This document shows positions 45,402-53,514 of a stretch of DNA of 64,000 nt, piece after piece. The notes under the pieces are model-generated. The model was not told the DNA's origin. It saw only the letters and a list, made by a program, of their open reading frames with translations, and did not search any database. This DNA comes from a virus, in IMG/VR virus record IMGVR_UViG_3300032579_000011, positions 14,899 through 78,898 of that record, one strand, 5' to 3'. Both the position numbers and the translations under genes were made by a program. The first letter of the stretch is position 1; every line of letters starts with the position of its first letter.

Positions 45402-46027
45402 AATTTAATTATTTCATTCCAACATAGTTGGTTCTTATTCAAGATTAACACTTTAATCTTATTTTGATCACAAACTTTATTTATTTTTTCTTCATCAGAA
45501 AATCCTAAACTGGGATTATTGTTATTGATCAAATAATCGTTTTTTGGGTCCAAATATATATTATAATCAATCAAATACATATCTGGAGTATATGTTCTAT
45601 GCTTACCATTTCTATCAACATAATTAAATTTTTTACAAGTATCCCATCTTATATTATTCTCGTCTAATGATTGTGCAACAATCAATTCATATGTTGAACC
45701 AAGAATTTTATCTTTATATCTTATTCTTCTAGATTGTGAAACGCCACCCAATCCTCTTTCTTTAGCAAGCTTACTCATCTTTATTTTTACAGATTCTGTT
45801 TGACCTCTTTTTCGATTTGTATCAGCTATTCTTTCTAAAGCTTCTTTGGATATTTTAGGTTTTTGTAAACCTAATTCTTTAGCCTTTTTATATTGATTAG
45901 AATGTTTTCTGATGCTAAAATCATAAATTCTAATTTTACGATCGGGATTTAATTTACACATTCTTTGATGATTTCTCAAAGAATTATTATTTTTACATTC
46001 TTTATTACAAAAAGTACAAAGTAGCAT
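45392..46027 (-). CDS. PD-(D/E)XK endonuclease with N-terminal zinc finger (paralog of 26416-27102)
   Basis: CTFC...LRNHQRMC; STYE, YTPDM, YLDPKN; late promoter at 46055-46062. Confidence 0.82.
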   Translation of the reverse strand: MLLCTFCNKECKNNNSLRNHQRMCKLNPDRKIRIYDFSIRKHSNQYKKAKELGLQKPKISKEALERIADTNRKRGQTESVKIKMSKLAKERGLGGVSQSRRIRYKDKILGSTYELIVAQSLDENNIRWDTCKKFNYVDRNGKHRTYTPDMYLIDYNIYLDPKNDYLINNNNPSLGFSDEEKINKVCDQNKIKVLILNKNQLCWNEIIKLLK

Positions 46028-46059
46028 TTTTATCTTTAATATTACGTTGATTTATATTT

Positions 46060-46153
46060 ATAATTATCGTATCAGTTCTCCAGCCCTTTGGGAGCGCGAC
46101 TTCCCTATTCACCTTCACAGAATTTTCGCACGTCTGCTAGACACGATAATTAT
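46060..46153 (-). ncRNA. Candidate structured RNA A
   Basis: 11-bp perfect terminal inverted repeat with internal hairpins; strand inferred from context. Confidence 0.45.
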
Positions 46154-46156
46154 AAT

Positions 46157-46256
46157 TCGCTGTGGTTTTAGAACATTAGGACCACCATCCTAGACTCGGA
46201 ACTTTTCAGCCCGGAATTACCGACTAACCGTGGGTCGGCGCGTGTCTATTAAGCGA
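46157..46256 (-). ncRNA. Candidate structured RNA B
   Basis: TCGCT/AGCGA closure, three internal hairpins, possible pseudoknot. Confidence 0.5.
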
Positions 46257-46269
46257 CAAACCTTAATTA

Positions 46270-46340
46270 TCATATGGTAGAGATTCTAGATTTCTCCTTT
46301 ACCAAGCTACGAGCTTCCTAGCAACTGAGCGACCATATGA
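46270..46340 (-). ncRNA. Candidate structured RNA C
   Basis: 9-bp TCATATGGT/ACCATATGA closure, two internal hairpins. Confidence 0.45.
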
Positions 46341-46498
46341 ATTTAAATTCCCAAAGACTCGTTTATATATGAAATAGCCTCTTCAATACAAGTTATGGTT
46401 TTTTCATCTTCTATATGTTTATTCTTAAGCATTATTAAAACAAACAAAACTTTTTTAAGCTTCTCATAATCCATAATATATCCTTTATGTTTTTAGAT

Positions 46499-46572
46499 TG
46501 GTGGAGACGGAGAGAATCGAACTCTCAAGTACGCCGTGCAAAAGCGTCAGTTTACCGTTAGCTTACGCCCCC
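46499..46572 (-). tRNA. tRNA-Ala(TGC)
   Basis: G3:U70 pair; TTTGCAC loop; CCA. Confidence 0.87.
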
Positions 46573-46577
46573 ATTAT

Positions 46578-46656
46578 TGGCTCCTGTCGTAGGGATCGAA
46601 CCTACCTAATCAGTGGTTAACAGCCACGTCCATGCACCAAGCTCGGATTGACAGGA
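46578..46656 (-). tRNA. tRNA-Asn(GTT)
   Basis: GTGG-CTGTTAA-CCAC; G73 CCA. Confidence 0.82.
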
Positions 46657-46668
46657 ATAAAACTTTAT

Positions 46669-47253
46669 TTATACGTTAGCGAGAACCTTTTGCGTCTTGA
46701 AGCAAAACCAACAAGTAGAAGGTGTTACTCCGACTTTCTCGTTAACGAGATGGTCTCTAACAGCCTTCATAATTCCTTGATAAGGATCTGCGAAATCGTG
46801 TCCAGCCAACAAACCACCAACTTTAACTTTTGGAAACCAAGCCAAAAGGTCTTTACGAAAAGATTCATAATCGTGAGAAGCGTCAATAAAGACAAAATCC
46901 AAAGACTCATCTTCGTAAAGACTAGCCGATTCTGTGCTATCTCCCTTAATTGCTTCGTAATGACCAACAACAGGCCTCATATTATCCTTAAAAACACCCA
47001 ACAAACGACCCGCCTTATTGTCCGGATCAAACATCTGACCAGGTTCGATAACAGATCCGGTAAAATTATCGATACAATCTAACTTAATATCTTTACCGCT
47101 ATTGATAATTTCTACAGCCAAAAAAGCAGAGCTCTGACCTTTCCAAGTACCTATTTCAACGAAATGAGCCTTGTCGGGCGCAGTATCAACTGCATACTTA
47201 AACATATCCGGATAATTAAACCAACCTTCAACGTTCTGATAAAAATGTTCCAT
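46669..47253 (-). CDS. Class I SAM-dependent methyltransferase (Methyltransf_24-like)
   Basis: VEIGTWKGQS, LDFVFIDASHDYE, GGLLAGHD. Confidence 0.88.
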   Translation of the reverse strand: MEHFYQNVEGWFNYPDMFKYAVDTAPDKAHFVEIGTWKGQSSAFLAVEIINSGKDIKLDCIDNFTGSVIEPGQMFDPDNKAGRLLGVFKDNMRPVVGHYEAIKGDSTESASLYEDESLDFVFIDASHDYESFRKDLLAWFPKVKVGGLLAGHDFADPYQGIMKAVRDHLVNEKVGVTPSTCWFCFKTQKVLANV

Positions 47254-47265
47254 ATATAACTCCTA

Positions 47266-47937
47266 TTAATCCGTATCCATAACGATATCGCCCGATACCG
47301 CAATTCTATAATCATCTGAAGTGTAGAAAGGGTTAACTGAATGACCTAATCCTTTGGGGAACAGACAAATTATACCTTCATAAGGATGATCGACCGGAAT
47401 AGGATGACTTCTAACTTGACCAAGAATATCTGTGTAATAAAAGACAAACATTGAAGCACACTTAAGAGTGGCCTTTGGAAAAACCGCTATTTCATCTTGA
47501 ATATTATAAGGTATCTTCGTCCAGATAACGAAAGAATAAACACCACCATGAATATGATGAGGATGAAATTCGTGCTTCTTTTGGAAGTTAGCCCAAACGT
47601 CTTTAAACTTAAACCGTCTTGGATGCGAAGCAACGTTAACTACTTCGTTGATAAAATGCGGTTGCGATCTATGATTGTGTAAATCTATCAAGCTATTAAT
47701 ATAATCCAACAAAACTGGAGAAAGTTCTTTTGTAAAGTCATATTCTCTTGAAATGTTTGCAGTAAGTTTATAACCAGCTTCTACAGAACCTTCAAACTCT
47801 TTCTCAACAGCGCCGTCGGTTACTTCACGAACCTTAGACATTATATCTTCAGGAACTCTATGAAATACAACACCGTTATTAGGGAAAGTATAGAATAAGG
47901 CTTGATCGCCTTGTAAATTAGAAATTTGATCTGCCAT
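47266..47937 (-). CDS. 2OG-Fe(II) oxygenase-like protein
   Basis: WANFQKKHEFHPHHIH, FP..L.HSVNPFY, RIAVSG. Confidence 0.8.
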   Translation of the reverse strand: MADQISNLQGDQALFYTFPNNGVVFHRVPEDIMSKVREVTDGAVEKEFEGSVEAGYKLTANISREYDFTKELSPVLLDYINSLIDLHNHRSQPHFINEVVNVASHPRRFKFKDVWANFQKKHEFHPHHIHGGVYSFVIWTKIPYNIQDEIAVFPKATLKCASMFVFYYTDILGQVRSHPIPVDHPYEGIICLFPKGLGHSVNPFYTSDDYRIAVSGDIVMDTD

Positions 47938-47985
47938 AATTTGTTCACCTTTAAGTATATTGATCAATATTATTATTTATACGAT

Positions 47986-48064
47986 TGGTAGACCATATCA
48001 GATTCGAACTGATGTATGACAGAGATTAAGAGTCTCCCGCTAAAACCAACTCAGCTAATGGTCC
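47986..48064 (-). tRNA. tRNA-Lys(CTT)
   Basis: GGAGA-CTCTTAA-TCTCT; CCA. Confidence 0.85.
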
Positions 48065-48070
48065 ATAAAC

Positions 48071-48154
48071 TGGTGCCGAGAGTAGGATTCGAACCTACCG
48101 TGTTATAAACGTCCGATTTACAGTCGGGTGCCCGGCCACTTAGGCGGTCTCGGC
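48071..48154 (-). tRNA. tRNA-Tyr(GTA)
   Basis: CTGTAAA loop; long variable arm; CCA. Confidence 0.85.
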
Positions 48155-48159
48155 ATTAA

Positions 48160-48236
48160 TGGTCGGGGATGCAGGATTCGAACCTGCGACCTCTCGGTCC
48201 CAAACCGAGCGCACTATCAAGCTGTGCTAATCCCCG
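48160..48236 (-). tRNA. tRNA-Pro(TGG)
   Basis: C1-G72; CTCGG-TTTGGGA-CCGAG; CCA. Confidence 0.9.
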
Positions 48237-48257
48237 TAAATTTTCTTACGTAGTAAT

Positions 48258-48333
48258 TGGAGGACCCACTCGGATTCGAACCGAGAACCTAGAGATTAAA
48301 AGTCACTTGCACCACCAATTGTGCTATGGGTCC
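48258..48333 (-). tRNA. tRNA-Lys(TTT)
   Basis: CTTTTAA loop; CCA. Confidence 0.85.
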
Positions 48334-48394
48334 AACACATTAAGCTCTGACGACTCTTTTTGTTCAGATCAAGGACATCTGTCCAGCTTAATAA

Positions 48395-48501
48395 TTGTTT
48401 CTTCGTCAGCGTCACGAATACGCTTGTTTCGAGCAAGCCCTTCGGATTCAAGGTCACGACGTTCTAAAGAACTAATACTCGTGACGCTGACGAAGAAACA
48501 A
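48395..48501. repeat. 26-bp inverted repeat forming a long hairpin in the tRNA operon leader
   Basis: TTGTTTCTTCGTCAGCGTCACGAATA (48395-48420) vs TACTCGTGACGCTGACGAAGAAACAA (48476-48501). Confidence 0.9.
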
Positions 48502-48527
48502 CCGAAGTTGTTTCAACGTAATTCCTA

Positions 48528-48581
48528 ACAATGTCAAACAGCCTATAAACTTATATTATCTTAGGAGCGATTTAAAGTCAA
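48528..48581 (-). promoter_or_regulatory. tRNA operon promoter with boxA-like element
   Basis: TTGACT-N17-TAATAT then GCTGTTTGACATTGT. Confidence 0.6.
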
Positions 48582-48599
48582 CCCCTAATTTTACTCATT

Positions 48600-48627
48600 A
48601 AAAAAGGCGGGGATTTCGCCCCGCCTT
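48600..48627 (-). terminator. Rho-independent terminator
   Basis: AAGGCGGGG-CGAAAT-CCCCGCCTT-TTTT on minus strand. Confidence 0.8.
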
Positions 48628-48651
48628 AAGAAGTTCTATTTCTAGAACCTT

Positions 48652-48909
48652 TTAGACGAGACCAGCCGCAATAGCCTTGTATCCTGCGGCGATAACTTGG
48701 CGTGACGGTGTACCGAAACGGTACTTGTTTTTTACCACGCCTTTAGAATTCGTATGCTTATTACAGTAAATCGGATACCCTTCCATACGAAGAGAGTATA
48801 CAACATCATGTGGATTAGCGACGTTATAACGAGCAGAAATCTGCTTAGCAGTAAGCTCTTCGCCGTTAAGGACCAACGCTGTATATACCTTATCAATCTT
48901 TGAATTCAT
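48652..48909 (-). CDS. Small HTH-like DNA-binding protein
   Basis: ELTAKQISARY...LRMEGYPIY.N...YRFGTPSR. Confidence 0.7.
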   Translation of the reverse strand: MNSKIDKVYTALVLNGEELTAKQISARYNVANPHDVVYSLRMEGYPIYCNKHTNSKGVVKNKYRFGTPSRQVIAAGYKAIAAGLV

Positions 48910-48983
48910 TCTTTTCTCCTGTTTCATTATTTAGTCATTATAACTCGAGATTTATTAAAAGTCAAATATTTTTTTGACTTTCA

Positions 48984-49397
48984 TCAGCCCCTTCTTGATT
49001 TAGAGCCGACTGTTGTCAAATCAGTTTCCGGCGTCGCGTATTGCAATCCACCTTTATTAAAGAGGGGCATAACCCGACTCGCCTTATCAAGAATCTGTTT
49101 CTGAACTTCAGAAGATTCTTTATGCAAGTTGGTCATAACTCCACGTTTAACACAGGAAGACGCATCACCCGACAATCCCGAAGAAACGTAATCGCTTTGA
49201 TCAACTTTCATATACTCATTATACCGCTCTTTAAATTTAAAGTCAAGGGCTTTTTTATCGGCTTTTTTGCCTTTTGTCATAGACAAAACCCAGGCTTCGT
49301 GTTTGGCGGTTGCCTCCGCAAGTTTCTTACTTTTAGAGGGCTTTCTTTTCTTTGTTCGCGTAGTAGTATAATACGCCGGTAAAAGATGCATCGTCAC
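48984..49397 (-). CDS. Hypothetical protein
   Basis: MTMHLLPAYY..., PLFNKGGLQY; GGAGG RBS. Confidence 0.7.
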   Translation of the reverse strand: MTMHLLPAYYTTTRTKKRKPSKSKKLAEATAKHEAWVLSMTKGKKADKKALDFKFKERYNEYMKVDQSDYVSSGLSGDASSCVKRGVMTNLHKESSEVQKQILDKASRVMPLFNKGGLQYATPETDLTTVGSKSRRG

Positions 49398-49432
49398 AAC
49401 GACCTCCTTTCAAACCATACACGTATTATACC

Positions 49433-49678
49433 CTATGATTTTTTAGAAGTCAAGTCATTTTTGAGGTAGAAATCATTTTTAGAAGAAATTTGTTCGATAA
49501 TTTTTTCTAAAGAGTTTCTAACGCTTTCTCTAGCAGGCACGTATCTTTCTTCTTTGATACGGTTCATTTGTCTGTAGTTAGAATACTTCTCTTCCTCCCA
49601 CATATCGTCTCTTGCGTCTATCATTTCTTCAAGAGCGTCAATGAATTTATCTAAAGTTTTCTGATGCAGCCTCGACAT
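49433..49678 (-). CDS. Hypothetical protein
   Basis: ORF in minus-strand run. Confidence 0.55.
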   Translation of the reverse strand: MSRLHQKTLDKFIDALEEMIDARDDMWEEEKYSNYRQMNRIKEERYVPARESVRNSLEKIIEQISSKNDFYLKNDLTSKKS

Positions 49679-50003
49679 CTTCGCTATCCTCCAAATCTTC
49701 GACGATTATATATTGAGCGTCTTTATCAAGTTCTGCATAAGCTTCTAACAAAGTTCTAACCTTATTAAGACGATTGATTACTTTATTAATAGTTTTTTGA
49801 GAAACCTCGTCATTGTATCCTTCTTGAAGATCCATCAATACCGCGTCTAAATTACTATCGACCGAATAATCTATATGAAATTTTGTTATTTGGCCGTCTT
49901 TAGAAGCTGTTTGTAACTTAAGAGGAGGAAATAGAATCTTTTTAATTTCTTCTATTATTTTATCAGATGGAGTTGGCGGATCTTTCTTTAAGAATTTAAA
50001 CAT
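49647..50003 (-). CDS. Hypothetical protein
   Basis: ORF with AAGGA RBS. Confidence 0.6.
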   Translation of the reverse strand: MFKFLKKDPPTPSDKIIEEIKKILFPPLKLQTASKDGQITKFHIDYSVDSNLDAVLMDLQEGYNDEVSQKTINKVINRLNKVRTLLEAYAELDKDAQYIIVEDLEDSEDVEAASENFR

Positions 50004-50021
50004 AATATAATTTCCTTCTAA

Positions 50022-50420
50022 TCAATTCTTTTTTCTACCCATATTATACTTAGCCTCTAAAATCCAATCTTTTTTCTCTTTATGATTGATAATTTTGATT
50101 TGACTCATTGGAGAAATTGGTTCTTTAATCTTTTGCGGTTCCACCACTTTCAACAATCCCCAATCTTCCAAAAGGCTGACGATCTTATTACGGCGTCCTT
50201 TATCTTCATCTGAAAAATTTGAAGGCTTACCGTCTATCGAAAACATTTCTTTGAAATGGACGATATAATATTTTCCTTGTTTGTGAAAAATATGACAAGA
50301 TTGATATAACTTTTTATCTTTTCTAGAAGCGACACCAATACGAGTTAGAGTTTCTTTAATTTTAAGAAAATCTTCTTCTTCCGCTATTTTCACTTCAATC
50401 AACGAATCTAGAATATTCAT
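50022..50420 (-). CDS. regA: Translational repressor RegA
   Basis: DFLKIKETLTRIGVAS, LYQSCHI.HKQG.YYIVHFKE. Confidence 0.95.
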   Translation of the reverse strand: MNILDSLIEVKIAEEEDFLKIKETLTRIGVASRKDKKLYQSCHIFHKQGKYYIVHFKEMFSIDGKPSNFSDEDKGRRNKIVSLLEDWGLLKVVEPQKIKEPISPMSQIKIINHKEKKDWILEAKYNMGRKKN

Positions 50421-50437
50421 ATTTGCCTCTTTTCTTA

Positions 50438-51448
50438 TTATTTTACATTATTATACCATAAATTATAAAGGTTAGGGTATTTTTCTATATTTAGGCTTTT
50501 TTGATCTTCTAAATTTGCACACTCAATATACTTGAGATTCAATATAATATCATCATCAAGTTTAATAAACGAACCATCATTAAACTCTATATTATTATCA
50601 ACATAAGTTTCCAACGTTTTTGGTCTATTGATTCTAGAAAAATATGAAACCAATTCAAAAGTCTTTTCGCCAAATTCATTTATAATTAAGTCTTTATCTT
50701 CTAATTTTAAAAGTTGATTTCTGTATATTGTCGTACCAAAAACAGAATGTAATCCAGCCGCAAAACATACATGTTCAGGTAAATTACCATTTTCCAATAA
50801 TTGATAGGTTCTAACCAGATGATCGTGTAATGAACCTATCATATGATTATAATTCAGCGCATTATGTTTAACAAGAAATCTACTTAATTTTTCAAAATTA
50901 TCAGAACGTTTTCTTCTAAATTTAAACATTAATGTTTTTCTCAAACCATTATATTTTCTAGAAACGCCACGTGCGCAATGTTGTATGTTTGATTGAAAAA
51001 TAACAACACGATTCTTTTTTGGTATTACAGAAAAAACTTCTTCGTTTGGTGTTATGAAAGATGTTTCTCCACCCCAATCAAATTCCCATTTACCCTCAAC
51101 CAAATAAAATACAAAAGTAATTTCGTCAGATCGGGTACTATCTGTATGATAATAACCATCAACTCCAAAAGTATGTCCTCCTATATAACATCTAATTAAA
51201 ACAGTATTATCTAAAATATCAATTTTATCAGTTATATAATTTTTAACGTGTAATAAAAATTCAGGAATATTGTTGGAAACATCTGATAAATTTTTACTAT
51301 TAGTTTTTCCAAAATCTAAAAACCAATGGCCATGTGGGTCGTTTTGCTCATGAGAAAGCCAACCATATCTCATTGGCGAATTATTATAATCCTTGAGCAA
51401 TTTGTTTAATATTTCTTCGGTAAAAAAATTATCTAAAACTTTCATCAT
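50438..51448 (-). CDS. 2OG-Fe(II) oxygenase fused to HD-like domain
   Basis: HTD, WGGET, H.ARG..R; C-terminal L.DHLVRT...AGLHSVFGT. Confidence 0.75.
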   Translation of the reverse strand: MMKVLDNFFTEEILNKLLKDYNNSPMRYGWLSHEQNDPHGHWFLDFGKTNSKNLSDVSNNIPEFLLHVKNYITDKIDILDNTVLIRCYIGGHTFGVDGYYHTDSTRSDEITFVFYLVEGKWEFDWGGETSFITPNEEVFSVIPKKNRVVIFQSNIQHCARGVSRKYNGLRKTLMFKFRRKRSDNFEKLSRFLVKHNALNYNHMIGSLHDHLVRTYQLLENGNLPEHVCFAAGLHSVFGTTIYRNQLLKLEDKDLIINEFGEKTFELVSYFSRINRPKTLETYVDNNIEFNDGSFIKLDDDIILNLKYIECANLEDQKSLNIEKYPNLYNLWYNNVK

Positions 51449-51828
51449 TTATCTAAACCACCTTTTTCTAATTTTTTCTTTATTTCCTTCAATTGTTCTT
51501 TGGAAAGAATAAAAGATGCAGTCTTAGCTTTATTATAATTATATCCAAAATATTCTTGAATGGCTTCAATATTGCTATCTTTTTCTTTCTTGGCCCACTT
51601 ACTATTAGTTCTTTTTGTTGGGCGTATAATATTTATGAAATAATCGAATTGAAGTTTTTTGTCTAAATGACCGTTAAGATTCATTTCTTGAGCGTGAAGT
51701 ATAGTGTCTTTATGATACGACAAGGCTCTATTAGTTAGAAACGGAGAATATGATTTCTCCGTCACTTCGTCAACTATAAGATTTTTCTTTGAATAAAGAA
51801 TAGAATTTACATAATCAAAAGGGTTCAT
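51445..51828 (-). CDS. gp62: Clamp loader small subunit
   Basis: PFDYVNSI, Y.PFLTNRALS, A.EMN, KWAK; synteny. Confidence 0.9.
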   Translation of the reverse strand: MNPFDYVNSILYSKKNLIVDEVTEKSYSPFLTNRALSYHKDTILHAQEMNLNGHLDKKLQFDYFINIIRPTKRTNSKWAKKEKDSNIEAIQEYFGYNYNKAKTASFILSKEQLKEIKKKLEKGGLDK

Positions 51829-52766
51829 TAGTTGAATTCCAAATTGATCATAATTTCCGTTAGACAAGCCATAAGATTAATTTCCTGATCCGCAACGAAA
51901 GCCGCTTGATATTGATATTTACCCAATATCAACACCAGTTGAGCTACATCGGTAGGAGGGAGAAATTCTGAGGCTGTATCATACAACTGACGAAATATAC
52001 TGTTCTGATCATTATCAAGATTTTCCCCAACCCATTTACGTAGCCCAGAAAAATTCTTTTCCTTGAGCATAGAAACCAGTTCCTTGATAGAAACTTGTTG
52101 TAGGTTAGCCAAAATACCAGAATCAATTTTACCCGTCGCCGAATAACGCTGAAGCTCGTTAAGAACTCTACGCCAATCAGGAAAATGTTTTTGAATTACT
52201 TCTGCGACGACAGCTTTATCGAATTCTATGTTTTCAGAATTAAGAATGTTTGACACTCGCTTCATAAACTGCATCGCGAGTTTCGCCATTTCTTTTTTAC
52301 CGATTTTAAAGTCGATAACCGAACAACGAGAATGAAGAGGCTCGATAATCCTATTTTTAAAGTTACAAGTAAGAATAAACCCGCAATTTCTAGAAAACTC
52401 TTCCATGAAGTTACGAAGAGCCGGTTGAGTCGAATTGGCGTTTAGATAATCCGCCTCATCAAGAATAACATACTTACGCCCTCCAGAAAGAGAAACAGAT
52501 GAAGCGAAGTTTAGGATTTCGTTTCTAAGAGTGTCGATATTACCATTCATAGAACCGTTAATAACAATGTAATCACAACCAAGCTGTTCTAACATTGCTC
52601 TAGCTACCGTTGTTTTACCAACACCGGCAGAACCAGAAAGAATAAGGTTTGGAATATTTTGTTGATCTACAAACTGTTGAAAAACAGCTTTTAATTCAAT
52701 CGGAAGGATAGTTTCTTCTATAGTTTTTGGGCGATACTTCTCGACCCACAGGAACTCTTCTCTCAT
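51828..52766 (-). CDS. gp44: Clamp loader large subunit
   Basis: LWVEKYRP, GVGKTT, LDEADYL, PLHSRC, PDWRR. Confidence 0.96.
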   Translation of the reverse strand: MREEFLWVEKYRPKTIEETILPIELKAVFQQFVDQQNIPNLILSGSAGVGKTTVARAMLEQLGCDYIVINGSMNGNIDTLRNEILNFASSVSLSGGRKYVILDEADYLNANSTQPALRNFMEEFSRNCGFILTCNFKNRIIEPLHSRCSVIDFKIGKKEMAKLAMQFMKRVSNILNSENIEFDKAVVAEVIQKHFPDWRRVLNELQRYSATGKIDSGILANLQQVSIKELVSMLKEKNFSGLRKWVGENLDNDQNSIFRQLYDTASEFLPPTDVAQLVLILGKYQYQAAFVADQEINLMACLTEIMINLEFN

Positions 52767-52829
52767 AATATATCTCCATGATAAAAAAAGAGGAACTATA
52801 TTATAGCCCCTCCCAAGTCAAAGGTAAAC

Positions 52830-53483
52830 TTAGAAAGTTGAAGACTGCTCTACTGCAATCCAATAATCAGCTTCCTTGCCCTTAAAGCAAGAAATACCTT
52901 TAGAACAAATACTAACTTCATAATCTCCAGGGATGATCTTGATATTTTCAGACTTAAAAATAGCCTTAAAAGTTTTATTGGTTGTTCCGATTTCAACAGA
53001 ATACACATCACCAGAAGGATTCTTGGTGTCGGCGGCTTGCAAGCTAATTAGCTTTCCGTCACCAACAACGACAATTTCCGGAAGTCCCAAAACGCCAGCA
53101 GCCTTTTCAACGTCCTTCAAATTATCATTGGTTAGAGTGAAAGTAACGTCGATAGAAGGAAGCTTGATTTCCTTTTCCGGAGTCTTAGTAATCGTGCTTT
53201 CGTCGGCATAAGTATAATGAGTGCTCTTGTTGGCGTCGAAAATATTAACGTACTTATCATTGAAATCTAGTTCGGGGTTGTTGAACAAACTCAATGCAGA
53301 AATAAAACGATCAAGATTATAGATCGCAAAACGCTTATCAAATTCAGTTGTTACCGTCGCCTTTGCCATAATAGTCTTAGACGTCGAAATAGTCTTCAAT
53401 GTATTACCTTCCTGAATTACGATAGAAGGATTAATCTTTGCGAAGTTCTTAAGTACATTAATTGTATTAGTATCAATCTTCAT
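52830..53483 (-). CDS. gp45: Sliding clamp
   Basis: LKNFAKINPSI, FAIYNL..F, GDYEV, YWIAVE; synteny. Confidence 0.93.
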   Translation of the reverse strand: MKIDTNTINVLKNFAKINPSIVIQEGNTLKTISTSKTIMAKATVTTEFDKRFAIYNLDRFISALSLFNNPELDFNDKYVNIFDANKSTHYTYADESTITKTPEKEIKLPSIDVTFTLTNDNLKDVEKAAGVLGLPEIVVVGDGKLISLQAADTKNPSGDVYSVEIGTTNKTFKAIFKSENIKIIPGDYEVSICSKGISCFKGKEADYWIAVEQSSTF

Positions 53484-53514
53484 AATTTATTCACCTTTCG
53501 TTAATTTAAATATT

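Noticed and set aside
46060-46340. tmRNA, RNase P RNA or glycine riboswitch
   Set aside because: No tag ORF or Ala acceptor end, no RNase P P4 consensus; GAAGG and CTGGAGA occur in the wrong order for a glycine aptamer
42258-48528. ORF-track entries 42945-43214, 42982-43200, 48169-48528 and the 5' part of 44801-45181
   Set aside because: They are translations of tRNA genes or their antisense, not proteins
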